Of a stretch of 64,000 bases of DNA, positions 63,329-64,000 are shown in pieces; the first letter of the stretch is position 1, and the number at the start of each line of letters is the position of its first letter. The notes below the pieces were generated by a model. It ran no database searches. It saw only the letters and a program-made list of their open reading frames with translations, and was not told the origin of the DNA. This DNA comes from Octopus sinensis (taxonomy: Eukaryota), in contig NC_043009.1 of NCBI RefSeq assembly GCF_006345805.1, positions 21,824,001 through 21,888,000 of the forward strand. Reading direction: 5' to 3'. Position numbers and translations under genes: made by a program.

Positions 63329-63529
63329 CTCTGGTAAACCATCAAATATCTCTCCATTCCATAACAGTATGTTACCATTTTGGTCGGTCAGTGGTTGCAT
63401 GGTTAGCTGACCCCTTAGATGAAGAACAAAGCCATACAGGGTTGCACTGATTTCCTCAGACACACTGAACGATGTCCAGTTGGAAGCATCTGGACCACGG
63501 TGACTAATGTGTGATTCCAAAACCAAATT
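63329..63529 (-). CDS. ASNSD1: ASNSD1 exon (N-terminal glutamine amidotransferase-like domain), first coding exon in the window
   Basis: Acceptor ggtag, donor GTGAGT, 201 bp. NLVLESHISHRGPDASNW...VLHLRGQLTMQPLTDQNGNILLWNGEIFDGLPE, with the ASNSD1 motifs RGP, VLHLRG and LWNGEIF. Confidence 0.95.
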
Positions 63530-64000
63530 CTACCAAAAGAATTAAAAATATATATAATAGTGTGTGTGTGTCTATATATATATAAAATCATCATCATCAT
63601 CATCATTTAATGTCCAATTTCCATGCTGGCATGGGTTAAATAGTTTGACCAGAGCTGGTAAGCTGGCGAGTTGCACCAGGCTCCAGTCATCTATTTTGGA
63701 ATGGTTTTTATGACTGGATGCCCTTCCCAACTCTAACCACTCTACAAAGTGCACTGGGTGTCTTCTACATGGGTGCCTTTTACATGTCGCTGGCATGGGT
63801 GTCTTTCATGTGTCACCAGCACTGGCCACAGCCACGATTTTACATCTTCATTTGATTCAAAAACTAAATATTGCCAGAAGAAACATAAATATATAAAATT
63901 ATGTATAAGTACAACCAATATGTCGTGGATGACATTAGGACAAGGTATGTATGTTTGCATGTACATACATAGTCATACATACATATGGACATTTTCAATC

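Noticed and set aside
63530-64000. Search for the ASNSD1 start exon (MCGI) or an ASDURF-like upstream ORF
   Set aside because: Neither is present. The region is an RTE 3' fragment and low-complexity sequence, so the 5' end lies outside the window.

Overview
AT-rich, repeat-dense animal genomic DNA, most likely an octopus. That assignment is inferred from the SINE, RTE and microsatellite landscape and was not checked by a search. Two convergent multi-exon genes fill the window. STK11/LKB1 is on + (coding exons 2-9, 2696-25829, exon 1 upstream of the window, ends in the CAAX motif CKQS*). ASNSD1 is on - (12 coding exons, 63529-33757, 677 codons plus stop, with the MCGI start exon beyond the right edge). 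All 20 exons were joined by hand with consistent splice phases and no internal stops. STK11 intron 2 is a U12 (minor spliceosome) intron with GT-AG ends. Introns and the intergenic gap contain at least four tRNA-derived SINE families, many 3' ends of one RTE-like LINE group (two with RT sequence), MITEs (piggyBac-, hAT- and mariner-type), Helitron/Helentron-like elements, solo LTRs, three 500-600 bp fold-back elements, two minimal hammerhead-ribozyme motifs and a tRNA-Arg-like gene with a TCA anticodon fused to a LINE tail. Most ORFs in the supplied track are chance ORFs in repeats. There is no CRISPR array or prokaryotic system. I cannot claim a proven new biological system. The best leads are the tRNA(UCA)-LINE chimera, the intronic hammerheads, the long dsRNA-forming fold-backs and the nested Helitron/LTR block.
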